Under the pieces are notes generated by a model. That model saw nothing but the letters and a program-made list of their open reading frames with translations. It was not told the DNA's origin and did not search any database. From the NCBI GenBank assembly GCA_964106645.2, contig CAXKZF020000230.1: DNA of 64,000 nucleotides; one strand, 5' to 3'. This DNA comes from Podarcis pityusensis. Its lineage: Eukaryota. A program made the position numbers and the translations under genes. This document shows, in pieces, positions 33,059 to 43,281 of the stretch; the stretch's first letter is position 1, and each line of letters opens with the position of its first letter.

Positions 33059-34452
33059 TGCGTAAGGTTTTATGCTTTACGCTTCTTGCGCTGTTCGGGT
33101 CAGTGGCGTTTGCTCAGGCGGACCTGATGAACGCCCTCATGAATATCGATGCGTGGTTTGCTGACCTTACAGCATATGTTGAGACGTACCGTACGGGGTT
33201 TGCAAATATTGCCTACGCTTTGGCGATCCTGGGTTTTGCTTCTTCGGTGGTGTACGTCGCGTACTCAGGTTCACTGGCGTCACTTAACGGGGCAGTCCTG
33301 CGTCTAATCATCGCGTCAGCTCTCGTAGCGTCGGCTCCGACGGTGAGCACGATGATGACGGGCGTGTGGAAGGATCTGCGTGCCTGGAGTGGTGCGCAGA
33401 TGCAAGAGACATTCAATGCTGGCTCGGATGAGTTCGAGCGTTTGGGTACCGACACGGGTCTTGTGGGTGCAGCCTTGACGGCAGGGGCGGGTGGCGCTGG
33501 CTTTGTGGCGAGTAGTGCTAAGGAGGCGGCTTACGCTGCGGGTCGTGCTACAGCTGGGAACTTTCTTCGCTGGCTCAACATCATGATTATTCCCATCGGG
33601 ACGATCGCTATGATTGCGAACTTCATTATTTTGGGTTCTGGCATCAGCATTTTTATTGCTTGTGCATTCTTGCCCGTTTCTGGTGCGTTGTTGGCAATTT
33701 CTCCGCGTTTAGGGGGTGAGTGGCTGGGTCGCATTGTGAGTGTGGTTGTGACCGCTCTGGTGGTCACTGCATTCATGCCGCTCATTTTCAAAGCTGTGTT
33801 TGATTTTACGGTTGTTCAGCCTGTCAAGGCGGTCAATGATGAGTTTGCTTCCTGGCAGGAGATGATTGATCCGGAACTGAATGTTCCGCCGCGTTTGGTT
33901 GAGATTGAACGTGAATTGTCGGCAGCTCGGTCTGAACGCGCGGAGATTTACGCCGAATTGAACGAGCGACGCTTTCTAGAAAAGGTCACCAGCTTCGGGG
34001 CGTGGAATCGAGTGGATCAAATCAACGCTCAGATCAACAGGTTGCAGTTTGAAGCTTCTCGGGTTCAGGCTCAGCATTCCTTGCGGCAACTTACGAACAT
34101 CAATCAGGCGTACGAGGCTGTCCTGAACGAGGTTATGAAGATGGTGGGGCGCATTTTCCTACTTATCCTGGGGACTATCATGGCATCGGGCATGATGTGG
34201 TACGTCGCGCGGAACACGGGCAGCCTAGCTGGCGGGTTGGTCATGGGTGGGCTGGGCAGAGCCCCCTTCATGATGGGTCTGGGTGGGGGTGCTCAGGGCA
34301 TGCGTGGCCTGGGGTCAGGTGGGGGTGGAAGTGGCGGGAGAGGAAATCGTGAACTTGATTCGGGTTCCTCACCAAGGTCACTACCGCCTTCGGGGATTGG
34401 CGCCCCAAGTAGCGGCGGGGGTCGGATGACGCAGAACAGAGAGTCTGCATGA
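33058..34452 (+). CDS. VirB6/TrbL-like polytopic membrane protein
   Basis: Multiple TMs and a Gly/Ser-rich C-terminal tail. Confidence 0.7.
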   Translation: MRKVLCFTLLALFGSVAFAQADLMNALMNIDAWFADLTAYVETYRTGFANIAYALAILGFASSVVYVAYSGSLASLNGAVLRLIIASALVASAPTVSTMMTGVWKDLRAWSGAQMQETFNAGSDEFERLGTDTGLVGAALTAGAGGAGFVASSAKEAAYAAGRATAGNFLRWLNIMIIPIGTIAMIANFIILGSGISIFIACAFLPVSGALLAISPRLGGEWLGRIVSVVVTALVVTAFMPLIFKAVFDFTVVQPVKAVNDEFASWQEMIDPELNVPPRLVEIERELSAARSERAEIYAELNERRFLEKVTSFGAWNRVDQINAQINRLQFEASRVQAQHSLRQLTNINQAYEAVLNEVMKMVGRIFLLILGTIMASGMMWYVARNTGSLAGGLVMGGLGRAPFMMGLGGGAQGMRGLGSGGGGSGGRGNRELDSGSSPRSLPPSGIGAPSSGGGRMTQNRESA

Positions 34453-35000
34453 AACGGCTCGTGATCCTAGCTGCGCTACTTTGGGCAACCTCAGAAGCTC
34501 AGGACTACCAGCAGTTAGCGAACTCGCAGGATGTAGCGCGCCGAATAGGTGGTGTTCGCACGCAGTTGATCTACGTGACGCCAGTTGTTGAAGACAAGGT
34601 TGTTGCCGAGTCTATTCGTCGAGCTGCCGTTGAGCGTGGCGTGAAGGTGTACATGCTGCTTACGCCTGAGCTTGTGGAGGCCCCCGGTTCGTACGCCGCG
34701 TCACTCGCCACGCTCGAGGGTGTGCAGGTCCGTTTGGCGCAGGTGGATCGTTCCTTCGCAATTTTGGATGTTGAGGAGGCTTCAGTTGTGCTGGAGGGTT
34801 CGTTGTTGGGTTCGGGCTCCGCTACATTTCGGGAGCAGGCTAGTTACGCAATTGCTGAGGGGCAGGTGGTCTCCGATCGTTCCGCCCTGTTTGGCAGCGT
34901 TTGGGACGGGGCCATACCGTATGTGTCGCTGGTGGAGCGAATTCAAAGTCCTGAGGAGGAAACAGAAATCTTCGATTGGGGTGTCTTAGGAGGCTCATGA
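34449..35000 (+). CDS. Exported hypothetical protein (possible degenerate PLD-like fold)
   Basis: Signal peptide; IRRAAVERGVKVYML; no HKD motif. Confidence 0.5.
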   Translation: MKRLVILAALLWATSEAQDYQQLANSQDVARRIGGVRTQLIYVTPVVEDKVVAESIRRAAVERGVKVYMLLTPELVEAPGSYAASLATLEGVQVRLAQVDRSFAILDVEEASVVLEGSLLGSGSATFREQASYAIAEGQVVSDRSALFGSVWDGAIPYVSLVERIQSPEEETEIFDWGVLGGS

Positions 35001-35350
35001 ACAGGTTCATGTTGATCGTAAGTTGGATTCTTCTTGGGGTTGGTTCTCTAGCGTTACTCGTTGGGATACTGACCTTAAACCTGATGCCGGCGGTTCTTGG
35101 AGCGCTATTAGTGGGGATCGCCGGGATCCTTTACTACCTTGTTCACCTGTATTTGTCACTGGGGGAGGCCGTTCCGAAGCTCTCGAGCCTTGCCAAAACT
35201 GCTGAGTTTCTTGCCCTGAAGGAGCCCCGTGCGTCACGTCGTGCTGCTGGTGCTGCTGAGCTTGAGTCTGGCGAACGCGTGCGGGAGCATCCCGACCGGG
35301 TTGTGGACGCTGACGCAAGAGGCGGCCATCTCACAGGCTCTGGAGCCTGA
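34997..35350 (+). CDS. Small two-TM membrane protein
   Basis: Hydrophobic N-terminal half; 3' end overlaps the next gene, so it is uncertain. Confidence 0.55.
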   Translation: MNRFMLIVSWILLGVGSLALLVGILTLNLMPAVLGALLVGIAGILYYLVHLYLSLGEAVPKLSSLAKTAEFLALKEPRASRRAAGAAELESGERVREHPDRVVDADARGGHLTGSGA

Positions 35351-35726
35351 ACTTTTAGGTGCGCTGGTGTTTGTCGAGAGTCGTTACTGCCAGGATGCTG
35401 TAAGTCCGAAGGGAGCGTTGGGGCTGGGGCAACTGATGCCTCGCACGGCTGCGGCGTTAGGGGTGGACGCGTCAGACCCAGCGCAGAACCTTTCCGGGGC
35501 AGCACGCTACTTACGTGAGCAGCTTGACGCTTTTGGTGACGTGACGTTAGCGCTTGCCGCCTACAACGCTGGACCGGGCGCCGTTTCTCGGTATGGCAGG
35601 GTGCCACCTTATGCGGAGACAAAAGCATACGTGCGGGAAGTGCGTCGGCTTTATACCGTGTTCGTGACGCAAAACCGCGAGGCGGCAGGCACATCCTTGC
35701 GGGTGTTTTCGAGGGGGCAAAAGTGA
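35229..35726 (+). CDS. Lytic transglycosylase (SLT, VirB1-like)
   Basis: [34 protein letters not shown]. Confidence 0.93.
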   Translation: MRHVVLLVLLSLSLANACGSIPTGLWTLTQEAAISQALEPELLGALVFVESRYCQDAVSPKGALGLGQLMPRTAAALGVDASDPAQNLSGAARYLREQLDAFGDVTLALAAYNAGPGAVSRYGRVPPYAETKAYVREVRRLYTVFVTQNREAAGTSLRVFSRGQK

Positions 35727-36715
35727 GTGACGCAGCGTTGGAGTACAACATCGACGCGTTCGAGAGGATTCTCGACGCACTTCCCCCAAGCGTTCAGAGG
35801 ACGACCATCATACACGCAGCTGATCTCGAGGAGGTTTACCTGGACGCAGGTCGCATGCTGACGTTCAATTGTGGGCGGCAAATCAAAACGGATTATTTGG
35901 TGACGCTCGATGACGTGCAGATTGTGCGTGACAAGATTGGGGGCTTTCGTAGCGATTTTCGCGCTGGAATCGAAGGAACACTGCACCGCTTTTCAGGAAT
36001 TCCTGACGACCAGCAGGTGCTTGTTGGAATGACCATCCGCCTTGGGCGGCACGTCTATGACGTGGCTGAGCCATTAAGGCCCCAGCTTGAGGCTGAAGGC
36101 TCATTGATGGTTGTGGGACCACCTGGGGTAGGGAAGACGACGCTCTTGCGTGATGTTGTGCGCATTCTGGGTGAGCATCACGGCATGAAGTGCATTGCGG
36201 TGGACACCAGTAATGAGATCGGCGGGGACGGCACCCTTTCGCATCCAGCTATTGGCGAAGCGCGCCGCATGAAAGTGGGAGACCCGAAACGCCAAGGTGA
36301 AGTCCTGCGGCAGGCCGTCGCAAACCACGGGCCAGAAGTGATTGTGGTTGACGAGATCGGCTATCACGGCGGGGACGTGGAGCAGATTGAAACCACCTCA
36401 CGGCGGGGCGTGCGCGTCGTCTCTACGCTGCACGGGCATGTCCTGCGAGACGTACTGCAAAATCCCCGGTTCTCCGCTCTCTTAGGCAACGTCAACCTCC
36501 ATGAAGGACGCAGAACAACCGACACCGTCTTCAAGTCCGCCGTGGAAGTCCGCGGGAAAGGCAAACTGGTGCTCCACCCCAACCTGCAAGAAGCTGTCGA
36601 TAAGCTCCTGCAAGGACTCGAGCCGAGCGGCATCAGGCTCGGGGGCGGTTGGAAGCAAGAAGCTGCCGGTGACGGTGAAGCACCCGCAAAGGAGAAGGGT
36701 TATGTCCACGTTTGA
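35723..36715 (+). CDS. SpoIIIAA/Ycf45-family AAA ATPase
   Basis: [57 protein letters not shown]. Confidence 0.88.
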   Translation: MSDAALEYNIDAFERILDALPPSVQRTTIIHAADLEEVYLDAGRMLTFNCGRQIKTDYLVTLDDVQIVRDKIGGFRSDFRAGIEGTLHRFSGIPDDQQVLVGMTIRLGRHVYDVAEPLRPQLEAEGSLMVVGPPGVGKTTLLRDVVRILGEHHGMKCIAVDTSNEIGGDGTLSHPAIGEARRMKVGDPKRQGEVLRQAVANHGPEVIVVDEIGYHGGDVEQIETTSRRGVRVVSTLHGHVLRDVLQNPRFSALLGNVNLHEGRRTTDTVFKSAVEVRGKGKLVLHPNLQEAVDKLLQGLEPSGIRLGGGWKQEAAGDGEAPAKEKGYVHV

Positions 36716-36971
36716 GCAACTTCGGCGGGAGGAGAAGGCGCACGAAAGACAAAAGGCAAAAAGCCAAGGAAAGGAAACGGGCATGGCTAGCTTCATCATC
36801 ACCCTCGGCATCCTTATCCTGTGCTGGAACGGCCTATCCCCACTCGCGCGGTTCATGATGATCGGCGCGCTCGTCGTCATGTTCTTTGGTTACGGCACCC
36901 TCGCCTCAATGTTCAGCACCCGAAGCCAACGAGACTACCTTCCAGCTAGACCCACTCGCTCGAAGCGCTAA
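36702..36971 (+). CDS. Small two-TM membrane protein
   Basis: Hydrophobic hairpin in operon context. Confidence 0.6.
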   Translation: MSTFEQLRREEKAHERQKAKSQGKETGMASFIITLGILILCWNGLSPLARFMMIGALVVMFFGYGTLASMFSTRSQRDYLPARPTRSKR

Positions 36972-36985
36972 AGGAGGAAACAACC

Positions 36986-38519
36986 ATGCAACGGCTTGGT
37001 CTACTCGCACTCGTGCTACTCACCGCCTGCGGCTTACGCAGCTCCCCGCTGGTGTGACCAGCCCAGGCGAAAACAGCACCCTGGTAGGGGAGAGCACCCT
37101 CACCGTCGAAAAGTCCAACTGACGCCATCACGTCCGTCACCTTCTACGCGGGCGACAAGCTCCTCGGGGAAAGCCGAAGTTAACGGCAACACCTTTTCCC
37201 TCGGCTTTAACGCCACTGCGTACCCCGAAGGAAACCTTTTACTACGCGCCGTCCCCAACACGGGAGCACCCAGCACCCTTAGCGTGCAGATCGCCCACAG
37301 CGGCACCGGAACCGTCAACACACCAGGACAACCCCAGGAAAATGACCCGAGCGAGAGTGCTGTAGGCGACGACCCACTGAACCTCGGAGGACTCGAGGGT
37401 CTGGTACCAGGCATCGACGAGAACCCTCTGGGGGAGGCGATAGCGAACTTCCCGCCCGGTTTTCCTGTCGAGGGCCTCATGAAGCGGCAGTGGGTGGTGC
37501 AGACGGTCAGGTCACTCTTGCCCATGCAGGAGTCTGAACCCGTGCTGTTACCGCGTGGTATCTGGACGTTCAATGCCGACCTGGAGATGTGGGAGGTTGA
37601 GGAAGCACCCTTCGACGCGGCCCAAATCAACTTCAGTTACGTGGATGGCGAAGGGCAAAACCACGACATCATGGCTACCGTCTGGTGGGACAGGTACGAC
37701 GAGACAATCATGGCGCAACAGTCGGGTGTAGACATCGAGCTACCCACGTCGATGTGGCTTGAGGTTCGGGATAACGAAGAAACCATCCTTGATGTTGATG
37801 TGACCACCGACTGGCTTCAGCCTGCCGGGTGTGACGTGCCGATGGTGGTTCCGGAGACGCTCGAGCTTGACGGGTGGGTGAATGAGGAGCGGCCCCTTGA
37901 GACGTACGAACCGCCAGAAGGTGCACCCGAACCTGGAACCCTAGGGGTGATGCAAGAGGGTGGTGATGGGGGAGAGGGGAGTGCCGATGAAGTCATTAAG
38001 CACCTCCTGTTGGGTACGGGCTTGCAGTTTAGTGTCACGTACGACCAGACAAAGCCTGAGGAAACGCTCGAGGCTGAGTTTTACCTGGATGCGGTGACGG
38101 ATCAGGATCTGCACGTGTCAACCTACTGGCTTTTGGAATCTGAAGGGGAACTGGCGATTGAGGATTGTAACGTCACGGGCGGGACGCTGGATATGTTCAA
38201 ACTCTACGCCTCACTGGTTTACGGGCCGGAAGGTGAAGCGTATAACGGCCCTGTGTTGAACTTCAGCCTGAGTGACCTCACCTACGACGAGGACGGCGTG
38301 CCAACCTCAGCGAAACTCGATTCCGTCCTGAACGTCCTGGCCGCAGACGAACCAGCCCAAACCACCTATATAGAGGGCGACCTGAGCCTAGATGACGAGG
38401 GTTTTGCGGCGGACGGGACCGTCACTCTCCCTGACACGAGCACCCTGACGCTCATGGATTACCTCAAGCAACTCTGGGCGTACTACACGGGAGCTGCAAG
38501 CGAGGCGGCAACCCCATGA
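36986..38519 (+). CDS. Large acidic lipoprotein with N-terminal Ig-like domain (5' frameshifts)
   Basis: AAGGAGG then MQRLGLLALVLLTAC lipobox; SVTFYAGDKLLG; joins the long ORF ending at 38519. Confidence 0.7.
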
Positions 38520-38611
38520 CCATGCAGCCTATTGCAGCACCCAAGCTAGGTTTCTTCAACCCGAAAGAACCACACAAAGCCTCAAGTCCAGCGCTGCTGC
38601 TGGGATACGAG

Positions 38612-39894
38612 GTCAGATACCCCGCTCTAAAGAGACGGGGCTTGTCCTTGAGAGCAAACATGGCCCATTTTGCGACCATCTCCCAGAACAGTAGGCTGTC
38701 TGATATCAGCCCTAGCGGCGATATTCCGCGCCGCTACTTTGTCAGCGTTTTCGGCATAGCCGCACGCCTGACAGACAAACTCGGCCTGAGTCTTACGGTT
38801 CGCCTTTTCGCAATGTCCACACGTGGGGCACGTCCGGCTGGTATTGCGCGGGTCAACTTCGACCAGCTTCACCCCAGCGAGGCGAGGCTTATATCGCAAG
38901 AACTCTCCGAGTTGTTGGAACGCCCAAGAGTGCAGGTCGTCCCGCTGACTGCGCTTAACCTTTACGCGCCCCCGGATGCCTATGAGCTTTTCAACGGCAA
39001 TCCCGAGGCGGTTGCATTCGGCAGTCTTGACAATGGCCTTAGCGACCACGTGGTTAGTGTTGCGAGCAAAACGGGCCTCACGACCCGAGAGTTTTTTGAG
39101 CTTACGCTTTGCACTTTTAGAGCCGCACTTTTGCAGACTCTTTCTCAGGCGGCGGTGCTTCCGGCGTATCCGTTTGACCTTTTCTCCGCTGTACGACATG
39201 CCGAGGCTGTCCGTAGCCAGCTCAACAATTCCGAGGTCGATTCCCAAATAGCCCTCAACATCTTCGGGCGTCGGCTCAGGCACTTCGCATGTTGCCAAAA
39301 GGTAGAACTCGCCGCCCGAATATACAAGGTCGGATTCGCCTTGCTGAAACTTGAGCCACTCGAGCTGACGCTCCCCCGTCGTAAAGAGCATTTCTTGACG
39401 GCCTTCAAGCGTCCAGATGTTGACGCTGAACTTGTCCAGTTTCCATCTGAGGATGCGGGCATCGTAGGCAATCGCGCCGTGCAGCCTAAAGCTGCGCTTG
39501 ATGGCCTTATCCAGCTTGTAAGAGTCGGCTACTTTCCCTTCGCACCGCACTGCCATTTGAGCTGTCAGCTTGAACCGTTCTCGCACGTCGTAGTAGACGC
39601 GTTTATGGAGGCTGAATTGTCTAAACGTCTTGGTGTCCCAAGCCACGTCCGAGATGTAGTTACACGCTTCGTTGGCACGCTCAAGGGTTGCCAAGAGCGC
39701 CGCGTGTTGCTCGGGTGTCGTCAGGAGTTTGACTTTAGAAGTCAGCTTCACGACGCAATTATAGCGTATTTTCAACGCCTTGAACGTATCCTCTTAGCGC
39801 CCTTGACGGCAGAAAGGGCAAGGCTACCGCCTTGCGGACTGCGCTCCTCTCCGGTTTGGAAAACCGGAGTATCCGCTACGTCCACGTCTTTTTT
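38612..39894 (-). mobile_element. IS200/IS605-family TnpB-only (IS1341-type) element
   Basis: Left-end hairpin CTCCGGTTTTCCAAACCGGAG after TCAT; right-end AAGCCCCGTCTCTTTAGAGCGGGGTATCTGAC; no tnpA, no target duplication. Confidence 0.9.
38627..39775 (-). CDS. tnpB: RNA-guided endonuclease TnpB
   Basis: RuvC I GIDLG, RuvC II IAVEKL, TSRTCPTCG..FVCQACG zinc finger, RuvC III NADKVAARNI. Confidence 0.95.
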   Translation of the reverse strand: MKIRYNCVVKLTSKVKLLTTPEQHAALLATLERANEACNYISDVAWDTKTFRQFSLHKRVYYDVRERFKLTAQMAVRCEGKVADSYKLDKAIKRSFRLHGAIAYDARILRWKLDKFSVNIWTLEGRQEMLFTTGERQLEWLKFQQGESDLVYSGGEFYLLATCEVPEPTPEDVEGYLGIDLGIVELATDSLGMSYSGEKVKRIRRKHRRLRKSLQKCGSKSAKRKLKKLSGREARFARNTNHVVAKAIVKTAECNRLGIAVEKLIGIRGRVKVKRSQRDDLHSWAFQQLGEFLRYKPRLAGVKLVEVDPRNTSRTCPTCGHCEKANRKTQAEFVCQACGYAENADKVAARNIAARADIRQPTVLGDGRKMGHVCSQGQAPSL

Positions 39895-40104
39895 ATGATC
39901 CTTGGGGTGCTAGGGCAGGGTCAGGTGGACGAGGCGTTACTCGAGCGGATTGGGGGCATTGAGAAGGAGCTGGAGGAACGCGGGCTGCTGGGTACCTTCT
40001 GGAGGATGCTCGAGCAGGATCGGCAAGTGAACCGGAGTTTGAGGATGGAAGCTGTGCGAGAGCAGCCTGCTGGGGTGACGCCTCAAGATGCCTCTTCATA
40101 ACAG

Positions 40105-40305
40105 GTGCTTTTCCTCTACCGTCACCTGACGCACAAGATTCAGGAAGTTAGGAACGCTGGGGATAAGAACCTGCTGTATCGACTCGAGGCGCACCTCGAG
40201 GTGGCTGAGCGGGAGATGCACAGACGGGCATTGTGGCCTGTGCTGGAGCAGCTCGATGAGGTGGATGCCAGGCGGGCTGAGGCGAGAGGGCATGCGGCGA
40301 ACTAG
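40105..40305 (+). CDS. Hypothetical helical protein
   Basis: Fills the operon gap on the same strand. Confidence 0.5.
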   Translation: MLFLYRHLTHKIQEVRNAGDKNLLYRLEAHLEVAEREMHRRALWPVLEQLDEVDARRAEARGHAAN

Positions 40306-41329
40306 CGGCATCGTTGTTCTTGCGCTGCTTTTGGGTGGCTGTACCTTCGAGCTGCACCGCTCTGAGCGTCCTGTCGAGGAGCCTGCTCCTTCTGAAGCGA
40401 TGCCGAGCGCTGCACCCTTAGAGTTCCTTTGGTCTGAGGTTGCTGCTGCTCCGCTGTCTCGCTTCGAAGGTCAGAGTGCGGTAGTCAACGGCAAACTTTA
40501 TGTGTTTGGGGGGTATACGGATGGTTCGATCCTGCCGAAGTCGTACGAGGCGAACGTGTACGACCCGGAGACGGACACGTGGGGGAAGCTGGCGGACATG
40601 CCGGTGCCGATGACGCACGCAGGCATTGCAGCGCACGAGGGCGTCATCTACCTTGCCGGGGGCGTTGTGGGTTCTGTTGATCCCACTCAGGTTGAGAAGC
40701 ACCCGGCGAGTATCGAGGTTTGAGCGTACGACACGAACACGGATTCCTGGTCACCTATGGTTGTGCTTCCTGAAGCTCGAGGTGCGGGTGCTCTAGCGGT
40801 GGTGGGCGGCACCCTGCATTACCTGGGCGGCACGAACACCGATAGGGAAACCGCCCTAACGGACCACTACACCCTCAAACTCGGTGAGATTGCCGATTGG
40901 AAAGTAGCCGAGCCGATGCGGCATGGCAGGAATCACCTGGCGGCTGTCGTGCTCGACGAGAAGATCTACGTCATCGGCGGCCAGACGGGCCATAACAAGA
41001 GTCTTGTCACCCAGGACGCTGTTGAACGCTACGACCCGACCACAGGCGCGTGGGAGGAGCTCGCTCCTTTACCGCACGGCATTGGGCACATTTCGAACAG
41101 CACCTTCGTCCTGAACAGGCAGATTGTGGTGTTGGGGGGAGAAACGCGTGCGTTTGGCACGTACATCGACGAAGTGTGGGTCTACGACTCCGCTGCGGAT
41201 AGCTGGACTAAGAGCACACCCTTCCCGCTGGTGCAGAACTCGATGATGGGTGGGGTGATAGGGGAGACCCTGTACCTCACTGGGGGTTCAGCACGAACTT
41301 CACAGACCTTTAAGGGAGCCTTGCGGTGA
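40292..41329 (+). pseudogene. Kelch-repeat beta-propeller lipoprotein with in-frame TGA at 40721
   Basis: LGGC lipobox; repeated (K/T)LYVxGG...YDP...W; stop lies within EV*AYD. Confidence 0.85.
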
Positions 41330-41529
41330 GAGGCCACGATCCGCAAGAGCTCATGACGCCCCATTCGGGCCTGAAAGGAGGCGATTAACGAAAGGTGCCC
41401 CCAACTCGGGTAGCCCCCCGAGCTGGAGGCTTGATGTTAGGCGAGGCATTCTCACCCGCTTCGAGGATAGGCCAAGAAGCGGGCCAAACACAAGGAAGCT
41501 GATGAAATTACTCAATGTGGGACTGGTCC

Positions 41530-42535
41530 TGGTCTAACTCCTTGGACAAAACCAGCAGGGTCTAGAATCTTGCCAAGGAGAAGCTCATGTCCGAAAGTAA
41601 ACGAGTTGTCAGGCAATACCCGATGGAGTTTGAGATTGATGCAGTGAAGCTTATAGAGGAGAAAGGTTACACCGTCTCGGGGGCAGATAATAGTCTTGGG
41701 ATCCCAAAAGCCAACCCCACGAATTGGCGTGCCACGGGCACTTCCTTCGGTCGGAGGCAATACCGCGAAGGTCGCTTGCTACCAGGTCATCAGCGTGCGC
41801 AGCCAACCGCTGAGGAAGCCGAATTGAGGCGCTTGCAAGGTGAGGTGAAGCGGCTTGAAATGGAGTAGGCGATTGGACGGCAAAACCTCGGCGCTTCGCT
41901 GACAAAAAAGGCCGCCATTTATTTTGCCAGGCACTCGACCTAAAATGCGCTTTCGTTGACGCCCACAAAAACGAGTTTCCGGTCAGCGTCCTTTGTGAAG
42001 TGTTGGCGGTGCCGAGAAATAGTTACTACCACGCTCGCCAGCGGCGGCAATCACCAAGTGAACGCGAAAAAGCTAATCTCGCGCTGCTAGAGCAGATCAA
42101 AACGGTGTTCACCAACCATAAGGGCAGGTATGGCAGTCCTCGGGTTCACGCTGAACTCAACAAGCAAGAAGTGCCCTGCTCACTAGGCCGCGTCAAACGG
42201 CTCATGCGGCGTGACGGGCTCTATGCCTTGAACACGCCCAAGTACCGTTCTAAGCGTGCGCGACCCGGAGTGACTGAGACCCGCAACCTGCTCTTTCAAG
42301 ACGGCTGCGAGATCACGGCTATCGATCAGCTCTGGCACGTTGATATCACCTATATCCCCACAGCTGAAGGCTGGCTTTATCTGGCAGGTGTCATCGACGG
42401 CTTCTCGAAGCGCATCGTCGGCTACGCCATGGACGGCAACATAAAGACCAATCTCGTGGTGCAAGCGCTGCGCAGTGCCGTCACTAAACGAAAACCTGCG
42501 CCTGGACTCATCCACCAGTCGGATCGGGGAAGTCA
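41530..42535 (+). mobile_element. IS3-family element, copy B, truncated by IS30
   Basis: Core identical to copy A; WHVDITYI, WLYLAGVID, HQSDRGSQ. Confidence 0.9.
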
Positions 42536-42760
42536 AGGCGGATTCAATCGGTCGATGCAACACGTTTCTGAATCAATGATAGCTGATTATCAAACGCTTC
42601 TGCAGGGGTCTTCCAAGCAAGCGTCTTGCGGGGTCGGGTATTGAGGGTGTGAGCGACAGCTTCGAGGTTGTCACGGCTGTGCTTGCTGAGGTCAGTGCCT
42701 TTGGGGAAGTACTGGCGCAATAAGCCATTGGTGTTCTCATTCGTACCGCGCTGCCACAAG
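42536..42760 (-). mobile_element. IS30-family 3' remnant
   Basis: [23 protein letters not shown]...LNTRPRKTL; end GGCGGATTCAATCGGTCGATGCAACAC. Confidence 0.88.
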
Positions 42761-42963
42761 CGTGTTTTTGTATACCGTCTTTGAGAAACGGAGCACTAAA
42801 GTGCATAGTGTGGACTAGCGGGCTGGGACAATCAACGTGGAGGCCACGTGAGCTTCTAGAATCGACGCCTTTATATGGATCGCCTGAGATTTACAAGCGA
42901 AGTGTGCAGGGATAAGCGCGCTGAATCGCCCAAGTCGTAGAACTCATCACGTCTCAGCGCCAT

Positions 42964-43281
42964 TCATACCTCAATGATGACGCCGGCTGCGATGATTGCC
43001 AGAACCAGAGCCGCAATAATAGTGTAGAGGTAATCGCGCTCGCGCAGGAAGATGGTCAGCATCAGCGCCACCCGGGCAACCGGCAGGAGGATGAACACCG
43101 CAACGCCGGCTTTCACCAGGTCATGCCCGCTCAGCTGGAGAGCGAGCGAAGCTGGAAACGGCTCGACAGCCGTTAAGAGTACGCCCGCAGCAATCAGGGC
43201 AGAGGCGGACCACGTTCCGTACCAGAGCAGCCCGGCAATGATCTGGTCCCGCCGCACAAAATTATCTGCTGTAGGTTTCAT
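42964..43281 (-). CDS. DUF1634-like membrane protein
   Basis: ILLPVARV..FLRERD; follows the TauE gene. Confidence 0.8.
   Translation of the reverse strand: MKPTADNFVRRDQIIAGLLWYGTWSASALIAAGVLLTAVEPFPASLALQLSGHDLVKAGVAVFILLPVARVALMLTIFLRERDYLYTIIAALVLAIIAAGVIIEV

Larger units (their letters stand above)
38516..40101 (+). pseudogene. Hypothetical 100-aa gene interrupted by the TnpB element
   Basis: Removing 38612-39894 joins ...LLLGYE|MILGVLGQ... in frame. Confidence 0.75.

Noticed and set aside
38612-39894. IStron (group I intron plus TnpB)
   Set aside because: Only about 120 bp lie between the left end and tnpB, too little for an intron core, and the element is antisense to the host gene.
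41330-41520. Structured ncRNA after the kelch gene
   Set aside because: Only short hairpins with no recognisable motif or second copy.
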